DNA from: a virus
Taxonomy: Duplodnaviria; Caudoviricetes
Reading direction: 5' to 3' (one strand)
DNA: 64,000 nt
Virus record (IMG/VR): IMGVR_UViG_3300031555_004349
Coordinates: 54,134-118,133 of that record
Shown here: piece by piece, positions 47,994 to 58,476 of the stretch
Position numbering within the stretch: the stretch's first letter is position 1
How the letters are laid out: each line of letters starts with the position of its first letter
Notes under the pieces: model-generated
What the model was told of the DNA's origin: nothing
The model's database searches: none
What the model saw: the letters and a program-made list of their open reading frames with translations, nothing else
Program-made: the position numbers and the translations under genes

Positions 47994-48905
47994 ATGACTT
48001 TTGAAAGATACCAACATATATGTAAAGTGGGTTCAGATGATGTAGAAGATATAGAATTTGGAACTTGTTATGTATTTCCAAAATTAGATGGAACCAATAC
48101 TTCTGTTTGGTTAGAAGAAGGAGAAATAAAAGTAGGTTCAAGAAACAGAATTTTATCATTAGAAAATGATAATCAAGGTGCTTGTGAAGTTATATCTAAT
48201 GACCCTCGTATAAAAAAGTTTTTGAAAAAATATCCAAATATAAGATTGTATGGAGAATTTTTAGTAAGACATACAATAACAACTTATAGAGATGACGCTT
48301 GGAGAAAGTTTTATATATTTGATGTTGTAGATGGACAAGAGGATATAGAAGAATTAGCTATACCACATTATTTATCATATGAAGAATATCAACCAATGTT
48401 GGAAGAATTCAATTTAGATTATATTCCTTTAACTCAAAAAATAAAAAATCCGGAATATGAAAACTTATTACACTGCGCGCAAACAAATACCTTCTTAATA
48501 AAAGATGGCGAAGGTGTAGGTGAAGGTATAGTTATAAAAAGATATGATTATATAAACAAATACGGAAGAAGAGTTTGGGCTAAAATAGTTTTAAATGAAT
48601 TTAAAGAGAAACATAAGAAAGTAATGGGCGCTGATGAGTTAGAAAACAGAATATTTGAAGACGAATTAGTACAAGATTTCTTAACTGATGAATTTATAGA
48701 AAAAGAGTATGCAAAAATCAAAGCATTAGAAGGTGGTTGGAATTCAAGATATATACCAAGATTATTAAGCACTGTATATTCAGAGTTTATAAAAGATTAT
48801 AGCTGGGATATAGTTAAGAAATATAAAAATCCAAAAATAGATTTTAAAAGATTACAAGTTTATGTATTTAATAGAGTAAAAGTTGTAAAATCTGAATTAT
48901 TCTAG
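47994..48905 (+). CDS. RNA ligase (Rnl2-like nucleotidyltransferase)
   Basis: PKLDGTN, GSRNR, LYGEF, FDV, EGIVIK, WAKIV; no OB-fold C-terminus. Confidence 0.75.
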   Translation: MTFERYQHICKVGSDDVEDIEFGTCYVFPKLDGTNTSVWLEEGEIKVGSRNRILSLENDNQGACEVISNDPRIKKFLKKYPNIRLYGEFLVRHTITTYRDDAWRKFYIFDVVDGQEDIEELAIPHYLSYEEYQPMLEEFNLDYIPLTQKIKNPEYENLLHCAQTNTFLIKDGEGVGEGIVIKRYDYINKYGRRVWAKIVLNEFKEKHKKVMGADELENRIFEDELVQDFLTDEFIEKEYAKIKALEGGWNSRYIPRLLSTVYSEFIKDYSWDIVKKYKNPKIDFKRLQVYVFNRVKVVKSELF

Positions 48906-48913
48906 GAGGTCTT

Positions 48914-49216
48914 ATGGAAAATAATCAATATAGTGCTGATATAATAATAGATACAGCAAAGAAAACTAAAAAGAAAAAGAATAAAAAATATATTTTAATT
49001 CATATTATAAATGCAATATGCTGCTGGGTAGTTTGTACTTTTATTTTATTTATGAATTTTCATTCAATAGCAAAATTTATTGAAAATCCAAGTCTTAAAG
49101 GTGCGGCAATGAATATTGTATTACTTGGGTTTTCAGCTGTTAATATATATTTATATATAATAATGACAACTGCGATACATAAAATTATAATTGAAAAAGG
49201 AGATAACAATGAATAA
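48914..49216 (+). CDS. Two-TM membrane protein
   Basis: AGGAGG RBS; two hydrophobic segments. Confidence 0.55.
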   Translation: MENNQYSADIIIDTAKKTKKKKNKKYILIHIINAICCWVVCTFILFMNFHSIAKFIENPSLKGAAMNIVLLGFSAVNIYLYIIMTTAIHKIIIEKGDNNE

Positions 49217-49856
49217 ATATTTAGGACACTTAAAAACTATTTTAAGACATAAAAAATATGTTGGCAAATACTGTTTCAAATTTGGGTTGTATAAACAAGG
49301 AATATTACACGATTTGAGTAAATTTTCCATAGCAGAATTTGCTCCAAGTGCAAGATACTTTCAAGGTGGTTCATCACCAATAGACGCAGAGAAAAAAGAA
49401 AAAGGTTACTCAGCTGCTTGGTTAAATCACAAAGCAAAAAATAAACATCATCAATGGTACTGGATGGATTGGGATGCTAAACAAAATCCAAAACCTTGTA
49501 GAATTCCAAGACAATACGTTTATGAAATGATAGCTGATTGGATTGGCGCAGGAATGGCTTATGGTAATAATGCAGGTAAAGAATGGTCTTGGTCAGAACC
49601 TTTTGAATACTATAAAAAACGCAATAGAAAAAGTGAAAGTGAATTTCCAATTTGGGAATTTGCAACAAAGGCTATGATAGATACAATTCTAGTAGATTTA
49701 ATGGAATATGGAATTGATTATGTAGCCGATAGAATAAGAAGAGATTACTATGGATATAGATTTTATGACTCAATGAAAAAGATTGGAGATAAAGAATTGT
49801 GTCCTTGGTTAGAAGATTATAATGAATTAGTATTGAAATACTATGAGGAGGACTAA
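49209..49856 (+). CDS. HD-like phosphohydrolase (DUF5662-like)
   Basis: H...HK, LHDLSKF, HKAKNKHH, EMIADW. Confidence 0.65.
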   Translation: MNKYLGHLKTILRHKKYVGKYCFKFGLYKQGILHDLSKFSIAEFAPSARYFQGGSSPIDAEKKEKGYSAAWLNHKAKNKHHQWYWMDWDAKQNPKPCRIPRQYVYEMIADWIGAGMAYGNNAGKEWSWSEPFEYYKKRNRKSESEFPIWEFATKAMIDTILVDLMEYGIDYVADRIRRDYYGYRFYDSMKKIGDKELCPWLEDYNELVLKYYEED

Positions 49857-50296
49857 TGACAGACTTAGAGAAAAAATATATCGATTTAAGCAAAGAAAAA
49901 GATTTCATTTTAAAAGTGGAAGACTTATCAGAAATTAAAGAACAATTAGAGCCTGAAGATGCAGCTGCCTTAATAGCTATGTGTGCTTTTCGCGCCAGCT
50001 TAAATGATGCAGAAGAAGGAAGAGCTTTATGGAGATTTATTAGATATGTTACTGAAATAGAAATGCCTTTGCAAATTGTTGATTTTACAGGAATGTTATT
50101 TCCAGGCAATGAAGCTTATTACTCAAAAAGTTTAACACCAACTGCTTTTAAAATGATTCAACAACAAGCTGCATTAATGGTAGCTAATGAAAAATATGAT
50201 GACGAAGCTCATAAAAAATGGTTAGAAAAAATAGCTGATGGACAAATGCCTTATGGTTATAGTGTAATGGTAAATGGAGGAGAAAGTAATGAATAA
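49856..50296 (+). CDS. Hypothetical protein
   Basis: Coupled ORF with RBS. Confidence 0.55.
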   Translation: MTDLEKKYIDLSKEKDFILKVEDLSEIKEQLEPEDAAALIAMCAFRASLNDAEEGRALWRFIRYVTEIEMPLQIVDFTGMLFPGNEAYYSKSLTPTAFKMIQQQAALMVANEKYDDEAHKKWLEKIADGQMPYGYSVMVNGGESNE

Positions 50297-50480
50297 AGAT
50301 AAAGATAATATCACAATTGGTGATGGAGGAATATTAACTACTTTACAAATTGTATTTTTAGTTTTGAAATTGGCTGGGTTAGTTAATTGGTCTTGGTGGT
50401 TTGTATTTGCACCAACAATAGCTGGCGCAATAATATTAGCAATTTTATTAACAATTTTATATTTTGTTATAAAGGAATAA
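50289..50480 (+). CDS. Small membrane protein
   Basis: LQIVFLVLKLAGLVNWSWWFVFAP pattern. Confidence 0.6.
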   Translation: MNKDKDNITIGDGGILTTLQIVFLVLKLAGLVNWSWWFVFAPTIAGAIILAILLTILYFVIKE

Positions 50481-50687
50481 ATGGCTTGCGCCATTTATTT
50501 TTTTGACTTTTAATTGAAATTATGATATAATATAATTATAAGAAAGGAGAAAAAATATGAGTAATATAATGGCTTTTGAAATAAAATATGATATAAATGG
50601 AAATCCAGTTTTAGTAAGAGATGATGAACCTAGATATGGCAACAGGTTTTTACAAATGTTAATAAGTATGGAAAAGGAGGAAGAATA

Positions 50688-50873
50688 ATGGAATTAGAAA
50701 AATTAGTGCAAGCATTAATTCGTTTTCTTAGTGATTTTGGTAGTCTTCCTACTTTGATTACAACTCAAGATGAAACTAAATTATATCAAAATTGTGAAAT
50801 TAGTGTTATCTATGTAAATGGTGAGCCAATAATTAAAATTGAAGGAAATAGGGGAGAGCAAGCAAATGGGTAA
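50688..50873 (+). CDS. Hypothetical protein
   Basis: AAGGAGG RBS. Confidence 0.5.
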   Translation: MELEKLVQALIRFLSDFGSLPTLITTQDETKLYQNCEISVIYVNGEPIIKIEGNRGEQANG

Positions 50874-51075
50874 AATAATATATTACGATTTTAGAAAAGA
50901 AGAAAGACATAAAGAATTAATGAGTTTACAAGCTAAAAACGATGAAATGCTATTACAGGCTATGATGAAACCTGAATTAGCAGATGATAAAGTTTTTGTA
51001 GCTAAACAAAATAGAATAGTAGATAAAATTTTAGCTTTAATAAAAGAAGAAAGAGAGTGGTTAGATAATGAATAG
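50866..51075 (+). CDS. Hypothetical protein
   Basis: Overlapping ORF, ATG GGT start. Confidence 0.5.
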   Translation: MGKIIYYDFRKEERHKELMSLQAKNDEMLLQAMMKPELADDKVFVAKQNRIVDKILALIKEEREWLDNE

Positions 51076-51760
51076 AATTGTATTAACAGGTGATACGCAT
51101 GCTGATATAACTAGACTTCTTCAAATGCCAGACGAAGGCTTTACAAAAGAAGATTTTGTAATTGTGTTAGGAGATTTTGGAGTATTTTGGGATAATAAAC
51201 ATAATGCCTCACAAAAGTTGGCTCAATTAGCAAAGAAGAACTTTACAGTAGCATTTGTAGATGGAAATCACGAGAATTTTAATTTAATAAAAGAAATGGA
51301 AACTATTTGTTATTGGAAAGGTGGTTACATAGGATTGCTGCCTTTCGGCGCAATTCATTTATTAAGAGGAGAAATTTATAATATAGGTGACAGACGAATT
51401 GGTGTTTGTGGTGGCGCAGAGTCTATTGATAAAGAATGGAGAAAAGAGAATGAGAGTTGGTGGGCAGCTGAGAAAATTACAGACCAAGATGTAGAGACTT
51501 TTAAAATGAATTTGCTTAATGGAGATGAGAGAGGTAGAGAAATAGATATAATGTTATCTCACGATTGTCCAGCTTCTATGACAAAACTAGTTGGTCTTTA
51601 TTCAGGAGTAAATGGCGCGAAGATAAGTTCTTCTCAAATGCAACTTGAACATATACTTGCAATGAGTGATATTAAAAAATGGTATTTTGGTCATTGGCAT
51701 ATTGATATGAGTTTTGGAAAACAATTTGAATGTTTATATAAAAGTTTTAAGGAGGTTTAA
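51068..51760 (+). CDS. Calcineurin-like metallophosphoesterase
   Basis: GDTH, LGDFG, DGNHE, SHDCP, FGHWH. Confidence 0.85.
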   Translation: MNRIVLTGDTHADITRLLQMPDEGFTKEDFVIVLGDFGVFWDNKHNASQKLAQLAKKNFTVAFVDGNHENFNLIKEMETICYWKGGYIGLLPFGAIHLLRGEIYNIGDRRIGVCGGAESIDKEWRKENESWWAAEKITDQDVETFKMNLLNGDERGREIDIMLSHDCPASMTKLVGLYSGVNGAKISSSQMQLEHILAMSDIKKWYFGHWHIDMSFGKQFECLYKSFKEV

Positions 51761-51762
51761 TT

Positions 51763-52305
51763 ATGTGGTATTTTTTAATTAGCGTTTTTATTATGATTGT
51801 GGTACTTTTTATTACTTGCGCAAAGTGTGAAGATGGAGAATTGCAAATGGGAATAATTACTTTGGTTTTTATAATTTTAGTAGCTATTCCAATAATCAAT
51901 TTAATGGTAGTTAAATATAATGTAAGGGAAATACAAGAAGTGCAATATACAATTACAGGTTTAGAATTTCAAGAGAATGTTAATGACGAATTAAAAGGCT
52001 GTTTTATTTTAGGTTCGGGGAAAATAGAAGCAAATACAGTAAGAGAATTAAAATATGTATATTTTATTAATACTGAATATGGAAAACAATTGCACAGTAG
52101 CGAAGCTTCAAAAGTTTATATAAAAGAAACAGATAACGAAGCTCCAAAATTAGTAACAATAAAACGCATAGCTTGGAGATATGCAAATATAATTGATAAA
52201 TTATGGGGACACGATGATATTATTGAAAATGGCACTACTGTAGTAGGAGAAATTTTGGTTGTTCCTACAAATACTATAAAAATAGATTATAATATAGAAA
52301 TATAA
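51763..52305 (+). CDS. Membrane protein (two N-terminal TMs)
   Basis: AAGGAGG RBS; hydrophobic N-terminus. Confidence 0.6.
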   Translation: MWYFLISVFIMIVVLFITCAKCEDGELQMGIITLVFIILVAIPIINLMVVKYNVREIQEVQYTITGLEFQENVNDELKGCFILGSGKIEANTVRELKYVYFINTEYGKQLHSSEASKVYIKETDNEAPKLVTIKRIAWRYANIIDKLWGHDDIIENGTTVVGEILVVPTNTIKIDYNIEI

Positions 52306-52331
52306 AAGAGAGGGCTGAATGCCCTCTTTAC

Positions 52332-52421
52332 TTATTTGTTAGAATTAGATTTTTTATTCTCATTTTTGTTTTGATTTTGTTTGTCATCTTGAGAATTTCT
52401 TTCTTGTCTTTTATCTTCCAT
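52332..52421 (-). CDS. 29-aa Asn/Gln/Lys-rich peptide
   Basis: AAGGAGG RBS; MEDKRQERNSQDDKQNQNKNENKKSNSNK; converges on hairpin 52307-52328. Confidence 0.5.
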   Translation of the reverse strand: MEDKRQERNSQDDKQNQNKNENKKSNSNK

Positions 52422-52587
52422 AACAAGCCTCCTTAGGGACTTTCTCCCTCATATTAAATGTGTTATCTTTTCGCGCTAGATAATAAAAATTCAAATAGAA
52501 ATAATTTCCAGTTGTTTTTCTTTGACTTATAGTTTCTTTTGTGATATAATATAATTATAAAGAAAAAAAGAAAGGTGGTAATTTAGA

Positions 52588-53226
52588 ATGGAAATAAGAA
52601 AAGATGTAAAAGTTGAATTATTATTATCAGGCAAAAATTACTTAGGTTCAGGCGCAAGCAAAGAAGCATATGAGAAAGATGGTTTAGTATATAAAGTTCC
52701 AAGAGGAAGATATATGTTACAAGAAGGTGGGTTTAGCGATAGATTAAGATATCCAACTACAATGGCAGAAGTAGACTTTTTCTTAGAAGATGTTGATGCA
52801 TTTGAACCAGCGCTAGTATGGCCATTGGGTCAATTCGCTATTGAGTTAATAGTGTGGGAAGCTATTAAACAATTAGAGAGCGAAGGTTTAGAAATCAATT
52901 GTTTTGCTAGAATACTAGATTACTACTTAGATTGTCAAGGCGTTCCAGTTATTGTTCAAGAAGCTGCAAATGACAATTACACAGGCGATTACGATGACCT
53001 TTGGGACGAAATGAAAAAAGAATTAGACTTATTAAGAGTTATATTAAGAGAAAGATTTGATATAGAATTAAGAGATGTAAGAGATGGTAATTGTGGAGTT
53101 AAAGATGGAAAACTAAAATTATTCGATTTTGGAATTTCTACAACTACTTCACTTGATAGTTATGGTTCTTACTCTGATTGCAATAGAGATAGTTACTATG
53201 ATGAAGATGAAGATTATTGTTATTAA
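52588..53226 (+). CDS. Protein kinase-like fold protein
   Basis: LGSGASKEAY Gly loop, VYKV, DVRDGN catalytic loop, LFDFG. Confidence 0.7.
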   Translation: MEIRKDVKVELLLSGKNYLGSGASKEAYEKDGLVYKVPRGRYMLQEGGFSDRLRYPTTMAEVDFFLEDVDAFEPALVWPLGQFAIELIVWEAIKQLESEGLEINCFARILDYYLDCQGVPVIVQEAANDNYTGDYDDLWDEMKKELDLLRVILRERFDIELRDVRDGNCGVKDGKLKLFDFGISTTTSLDSYGSYSDCNRDSYYDEDEDYCY

Positions 53227-53303
53227 GACAGTTTATTAAAACTGTCTTGACTTTTTTCTAGCATTGTGATATAATAATATTATAGAAATAAAAAAGAAAG
53301 GTT

Positions 53304-54680
53304 GTGTTGAATATGTTATTAACTTCAAAATTAATTGAAGATGTAGAAGAAAAATATGTTGATATGTTAAAATCAGTAAATATTCCTGACTTCTATAAAT
53401 GTATCTCTGTGTTCAGTGGTTTAAACATTGAAGAAATAGATGAAGATACAATTAAAAATTACTTAATAACTTGGGCACAAAATAAATATAGATTTTATCA
53501 AATGTTAGGAAATCAAACTAAAAAAGATTTAAGAGTAGAATATGAAACTACAAGAAATGATATTAGAGACCACGTTAAAGTATTAGGGAAAGAATATCCA
53601 GCTTTCTACTTATGGTTGTTAGCATTTGGTAATCAAAGAGAAAATAAAATAAATACTTATGAATTAGATTGGAGCTATAGAGCAGCAATTAGCTCTTTCT
53701 TGGGGGAGTACTCATTAGAGGGAACTACTCTAACTCACTTCTTCAAAAGTAAGCTAAACGCACCAGACTCATTGGTAACTAAAATTGCGGCGATTTTTGA
53801 AAACGACATTGTAAAAGATAATTATACAATTTCAATAGACCCAGTTGATATAATGACAGCTTCTGAAAATCCTTACAATTGGACATCTTGCTATCGTTTA
53901 GAAACATATAACTGTGAGTCTCACGCAGATGGTTGTATGGCAGCTTTATTAGATACATCATCACTAATCACATATATATGGAGTGAAGAAGGAAAGCTAA
54001 ATCTATATGACCAATTTGAATTAAAGAAAGTTAGATATAAAAAAATGAGAAAATGGATAGCTATTTCTCCAAACTTTACTTCAATACATTTCAATAGCAC
54101 ATATCCAGGCAGGGGTAACTGCACAGAGGACTTTGAAAAAACTTTAAGACAAATTGTAGAAGGTGTGGTAAGCGCACATATCAAAATGGAAGACAAATGG
54201 AGACGTGCGACAGTAGCTGATTGTGATAGAGAATATCACTATGGTTATGGTGAATTTTATAGTAATCGAATTTATGTAAATTCAACATCTGGATTGGCAG
54301 AAGAAGATATACCAGTTTATAATGTGCCTTATTACTGCGCTTGTGGCTGTGGAGAAGAAATTATGGGTTCTGGAAACTATGATGACGGAGACAGATACAG
54401 AGGTGAAGGTTTCCATCATGGCTGCGTAGAAAAATACTATTGGTGTGACCAAATGGAAGATTGGTGTGAAACAGAAGAATGTAGTGAAAGCTGTAGAGGT
54501 TGTTCATATTGGGATAGAAATCACCCAACTTGTAGCTTAAACCCAGATATAGAGTGTGAAGATGTATCATATGAATTTTGGGAAACAACATTTGATGAAA
54601 CAGTTGTAGAAGCTGAAGAAGACCATTGTCATAATTGTCCTCATTGGGAAGCTTGTCATTCATTAGAAAACGAGGACTAA
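53304..54680 (+). CDS. Hypothetical phage protein with Cys-rich C-terminus
   Basis: SIDPVDIMTAS...WTSCY; about 15 Cys in the C-terminal 125 aa. Confidence 0.6.
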   Translation: MLNMLLTSKLIEDVEEKYVDMLKSVNIPDFYKCISVFSGLNIEEIDEDTIKNYLITWAQNKYRFYQMLGNQTKKDLRVEYETTRNDIRDHVKVLGKEYPAFYLWLLAFGNQRENKINTYELDWSYRAAISSFLGEYSLEGTTLTHFFKSKLNAPDSLVTKIAAIFENDIVKDNYTISIDPVDIMTASENPYNWTSCYRLETYNCESHADGCMAALLDTSSLITYIWSEEGKLNLYDQFELKKVRYKKMRKWIAISPNFTSIHFNSTYPGRGNCTEDFEKTLRQIVEGVVSAHIKMEDKWRRATVADCDREYHYGYGEFYSNRIYVNSTSGLAEEDIPVYNVPYYCACGCGEEIMGSGNYDDGDRYRGEGFHHGCVEKYYWCDQMEDWCETEECSESCRGCSYWDRNHPTCSLNPDIECEDVSYEFWETTFDETVVEAEEDHCHNCPHWEACHSLENED

Positions 54681-54759
54681 CCCTTCTCGCGCAAGTTTAA
54701 CTCTCATTTGCTTCTCGCGCAAGTTCTTACTCGAACAGTTTGCTGTCGTACAAAGTATA

Positions 54760-55380
54760 GTAAAAGTAAAATATTATTTAAGGTAAAATATTATTCAAAA
54801 AAATAATGCGAAGGCAAAAAAATTTTGAGTTAACAGAGTTGGTAACTACAAAGTAAGTATAAAAGGAAAATTATTATTAAAGTATAATATTATTCTTTAA
54901 ATTATTATTCTTTAAATTATTATTAAAGTACAGTATATTATTATATACTGTACTATTTTTTTATTAGAAAGATAAAAAATTTTGTACTTTAATTTTATTA
55001 TAATTACATAAAATATAATTAAAAGAAAATTATTATTTAAATTAAATTATTATTTATATACAATAATATATAAAATAAATTATAATAAGAATTAATATAA
55101 TAAGAAATATAATATAATAAAATATATAATAAAGAATTATTATAATAAAAAATAGTATATAAAAATATATACTACAATAAACAATATAATAAAGAATAAG
55201 ATATAATAAAATATATATAATAGAAATATAAATATAAGTAATAGTATAAGTAGTAATATTATTATAAGGAATAATACTATAAGGAATTAGTATAAGTAAC
55301 AATATTAATATAAAGAATAAGATACAGTATAATATATATAATAAGAATAACAATATAAGGAATAATATTATAAAGTTTAT
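54760..55380. other. Extreme AT-rich low-complexity tract, candidate origin/unwinding element
   Basis: Almost pure A/T with WATTATT and AATAAT repeats; non-coding. Confidence 0.45.
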
Positions 55381-55604
55381 TACTTTTTAAGTTGTAGAGT
55401 TCCTAAAAAGTGGGTTCGGGCACTATAGGGTTTTGTGGACTATAGAAAAGAGTGGGAGGCCACCTCTTCACTCCACTGTCAAATATTCAATTCTATAATT
55501 TTTCTTTGAATTTCCTGCTCGCGCTAACTTAAAACTTGATTTTTCGCGCAATTTCTGCTATAATAAATATATAAATAAAATAAATAAGTAAAGGAGTGTT
55601 TTGT

Positions 55605-55781
55605 ATGAGTAAAGATATATACTTTAAAGACCTACCTGAACTTACACAAGCTTGCATTTTAGACCAGTATGGTGTTGATACGCCCGCAGAGTTGGGATTA
55701 GATAAAGAACCATATATGACAATTCATAGTGATGAGTTTGGTTTAGCCGCAATTGGAATAAAGAAAATAAAAACAGCTTAG
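55605..55781 (+). CDS. Hypothetical protein
   Basis: TTGATT-17-TATAAT promoter, AAGGAG RBS. Confidence 0.5.
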   Translation: MSKDIYFKDLPELTQACILDQYGVDTPAELGLDKEPYMTIHSDEFGLAAIGIKKIKTA

Positions 55782-56155
55782 CTTAGCTAGCTGCTTTACA
55801 TACTACTTAGCCTTTGTAAGCCACACAGTTATGGTGCTGACGAGCGAAGCTATGATAAGTGACTTCTCGCTAAGTAGCCATTATAGATGCCACGCTAGTG
55901 GAAGTGCTTGCGCCAGAAGGCAATATAGTGCGAAAAGAAACTACTCAACTGGGAGAGTATAAAGGTAACAGCTGCAGCTGTCTGACCCCTCAAAGCAGTG
56001 GCATACAAACTGCGGTTGAGCAAAGTTTAAGAGAGACATAAATGGGTGTCTCTCTTTATTTTTTGTTTGTTTGCATTTGACTTTTGTTCAATTTTGTGAG
56101 ATAATGCCGGTTTAATTTGTACTGGCGCAAATTAAAATAGTAGGTGGTTAACCTA

Positions 56156-56515
56156 CTATATAAATTTTTCCATATATTCTTTTACTTTTAAGTCAGCTGT
56201 TTGTTCAGCTATTAATCTTTCTTTCTTATTAAGTTTATTTATTTCAGCTTTTACTTTCTTAACTGCGCGGTTTTCTATTTCAACTTTAAAGTTATCAATA
56301 TCTTCATCTGGTTCATATTCTGGTTTTTTAACTATAAACTTAATTTCTATATATCTTTCGTTTTTGTCACTATCTTCTGTGAATAAAATTAAACTAGAAG
56401 GCGAGTTTTGTGACAAAATTCTTTCTACTATACAACCTTGGTCTTCGTAAAATTTCTTTACTTTCCTAAGTTCGGCTTCGCGCAATACTTCTGATTTTTC
56501 TCTTTCAGTTGCCAT
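56156..56515 (-). CDS. Hypothetical protein, paralog family
   Basis: AGGAGG RBS; IEIKFIVKKP then charged helix. Confidence 0.6.
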   Translation of the reverse strand: MATEREKSEVLREAELRKVKKFYEDQGCIVERILSQNSPSSLILFTEDSDKNERYIEIKFIVKKPEYEPDEDIDNFKVEIENRAVKKVKAEINKLNKKERLIAEQTADLKVKEYMEKFI

Positions 56516-56566
56516 TAGACAATACCTCCTTTTAATAATTTAAGCTGGGTTTAAGCCCAGCCTATA

Positions 56567-56899
56567 CTAAAATTCAACTTCGTCTTCTTTGTTAGCTTTT
56601 GCAGCTTTCTTAGCTTCTTTTTCTGCTTTTTTAGCAGCTCTGTCAGCTTCTCTTTCAGCTTTTCTAGCTTCTACTTCAGCTCTTTCAGCTTCATAAGCAT
56701 CTACCATATCGTTGATAGGTAATTGAGCTTTTGGAACAGTTAATTTAACAACAACAACTGTGTCATTTCCTTCTGCATTTGTTACAGTTAAAGCATATTC
56801 TGTATTAGAAACTTTTGCATATTGTCCTAATCCTAATACTTCGATAGCATTTGCTCTTGCTACTCCATCATTTTGTGCTTTTGTTATTTTTTCAGCCAT
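56567..56899 (-). CDS. Hypothetical protein, paralog family
   Basis: MAEKITKAQND...VKLTVPK...Ala/Lys/Glu helix. Confidence 0.6.
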   Translation of the reverse strand: MAEKITKAQNDGVARANAIEVLGLGQYAKVSNTEYALTVTNAEGNDTVVVVKLTVPKAQLPINDMVDAYEAERAEVEARKAEREADRAAKKAEKEAKKAAKANKEDEVEF

Positions 56900-57319
56900 A
56901 ATTGACCAACCTTTCTGCCTTTCGGCTTGGCACTCTGTAGTTCCCACATATTTTATTTTTATATATTCGCTTATTTATTAAGCGTTTATAACAATTTGGT
57001 ATGTTTTTTCTTTGTTTCTATAATAATTATAGCATAATTTGTACTGTTTGTCTAGTTTTTTCTCTATAATTTTGTAGAAATAAGAAGGGGAATAGTATTT
57101 TTACGAGGGTTTCGCCTACTTTTGAGATATTTTTTCTCTTTTCTTAATAATATTATATCAAAAATTTAACTTAAAATCAACTTTTTATTAAATATTTTTA
57201 TAAAATCAAAGGTATTCGGGTTAGACTCCCTTGCGCCAGTTCGCCACGTTGGTTTCCTAAGAACGTTGACCAACTCGTCTCTAGGATGCTATTTTAACAC
57301 GACCTAGAATTTGCGTGTA

Positions 57320-57395
57320 TGGAGCTACTTGTCTGAATCGAACAGACGACCCTCGCATTACAAGTGCGATGCTCTGCCAGCTGAGCTAAAGTAGC
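57320..57395 (-). tRNA. tRNA-Thr(TGT)
   Basis: Reverse complement GCTACTT/AAGTAGC, loop CTTGTAA, CCA. Confidence 0.92.
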
Positions 57396-57459
57396 ATTTA
57401 GGCTGGAGTTTAACCAACTACTCCAAAAGGGAAAGTTTTATCGTTAGCACTTACAACGT

Positions 57460-57535
57460 TGGCTGGCTTAACTGGGCTCGAACCAGTGACATTCTGATTA
57501 ACAGTCAGACGCTCTACCTGCTGAGCTATAAGCCA
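57460..57535 (-). tRNA. tRNA-Asn(GTT)
   Basis: Reverse complement TGGCTTA/TAAGCCA, loop CTGTTAA, CCA. Confidence 0.92.
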
Positions 57536-57722
57536 ATATAGTTGACTTTTTAAAGGAAGTCTAACCTCCACGCATATGATTAACGTCGTCTAAGGCGTGG
57601 CGCGGACGGAGTACATTAGGTAGCTAACTCGAGCTCCACAAGCTTACAATCTTTTTTAAGGAGTGATGTACACTGTGCGAAATCATATCTCCTTGGATAA
57701 ATGTCTTTGAACTAATGTTCAC

Positions 57723-57796
57723 TGGTTGCGGACGTAGGATTCGAACCTCGTCTCAAGGTTATGAGCCTCGTGAGCTGCCATTGCTCCACCTCCGCG
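57723..57796 (-). tRNA. tRNA-Met(CAT), initiator-like
   Basis: Reverse complement CGCGGAG...CTCATAA...TCCGCA-ACCA with C1:A72 mismatch. Confidence 0.8.
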
Positions 57797-57965
57797 ATAT
57801 AATTCTTGGTTGACTAATCAGAGGTCTATCGAGCCCAAGTGCCCGCTCGTATTTGTTTAAAGCATTTAGAGATTGCTTCGCCTAATTTATTTATCCCTGC
57901 GATGGTGCGCGTTCCGCAGCAGAGTTCTCATTTTTAAAGAGGTGAGACCAGTTAGTTATCCTCAG

Positions 57966-58041
57966 TGGTAGTCCCTGTTGGGTTCGAACCAACGACCCTC
58001 TGCTTGTAAGGCAGATGCTCTCCCAACTGAGCTAAGGGACT
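57966..58041 (-). tRNA. tRNA-Val(TAC)
   Basis: Reverse complement AGTCCCT/AGGGACT, loop CTTACAA, CCA. Confidence 0.92.
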
Positions 58042-58183
58042 ATTTATCTTTTTCTTATAATATTATTATACTACAATGTTTAAACAAAGTCAAATTTGAA
58101 ATTGACAGCTGGGCACAAGTTAAGCAAGTGCCCAACCTTAAACAAAGAAAGGGGTATGTTATTATACATAGGTATAACAACGG

Positions 58184-58258
58184 TGGCTCGGGAACCTAGG
58201 CTCGAACTAAGAATTAGAGAGTCAAAGTCTCTTGTGATACCGATTTCACCATTCCCGA
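58184..58258 (-). tRNA. tRNA-Gln(TTG)
   Basis: Reverse complement TCGGGAA/TTCCCGA, loop CTTTGAC, CCA. Confidence 0.9.
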
Positions 58259-58265
58259 ATATAAG

Positions 58266-58352
58266 TGGTGGGTGAGACTGGATTCGAACCAGTTCAGCCA
58301 AATGACAACAGATTTACAGTCTGCCGCGACTCGCCGTCTTCGCCGCTCACCC
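58266..58352 (-). tRNA. tRNA-Tyr(GTA)
   Basis: Reverse complement GGGTGAG/CTCACCC, loop CTGTAAA, long variable arm, CCA. Confidence 0.9.
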
Positions 58353-58476
58353 ATAAACAGCTGTCGCAAGTCATAACAACAATTGAAATGTTGCAAGCGA
58401 CGCCGCGTGTCCTTTATACCCTAATGGTATATGGAAAAGTACATAGGCTCGTATCTTTAAGGCGTACGAGTACCTG

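Noticed and set aside
55054-55353. 99-aa ORF on the minus strand
   Set aside because: Ile/Tyr/Leu low-complexity translation of the AT tract, no RBS
55837-55880. Hammerhead ribozyme core (CTGACGAG)
   Set aside because: No GAAA following stem II and no matching stems I/III
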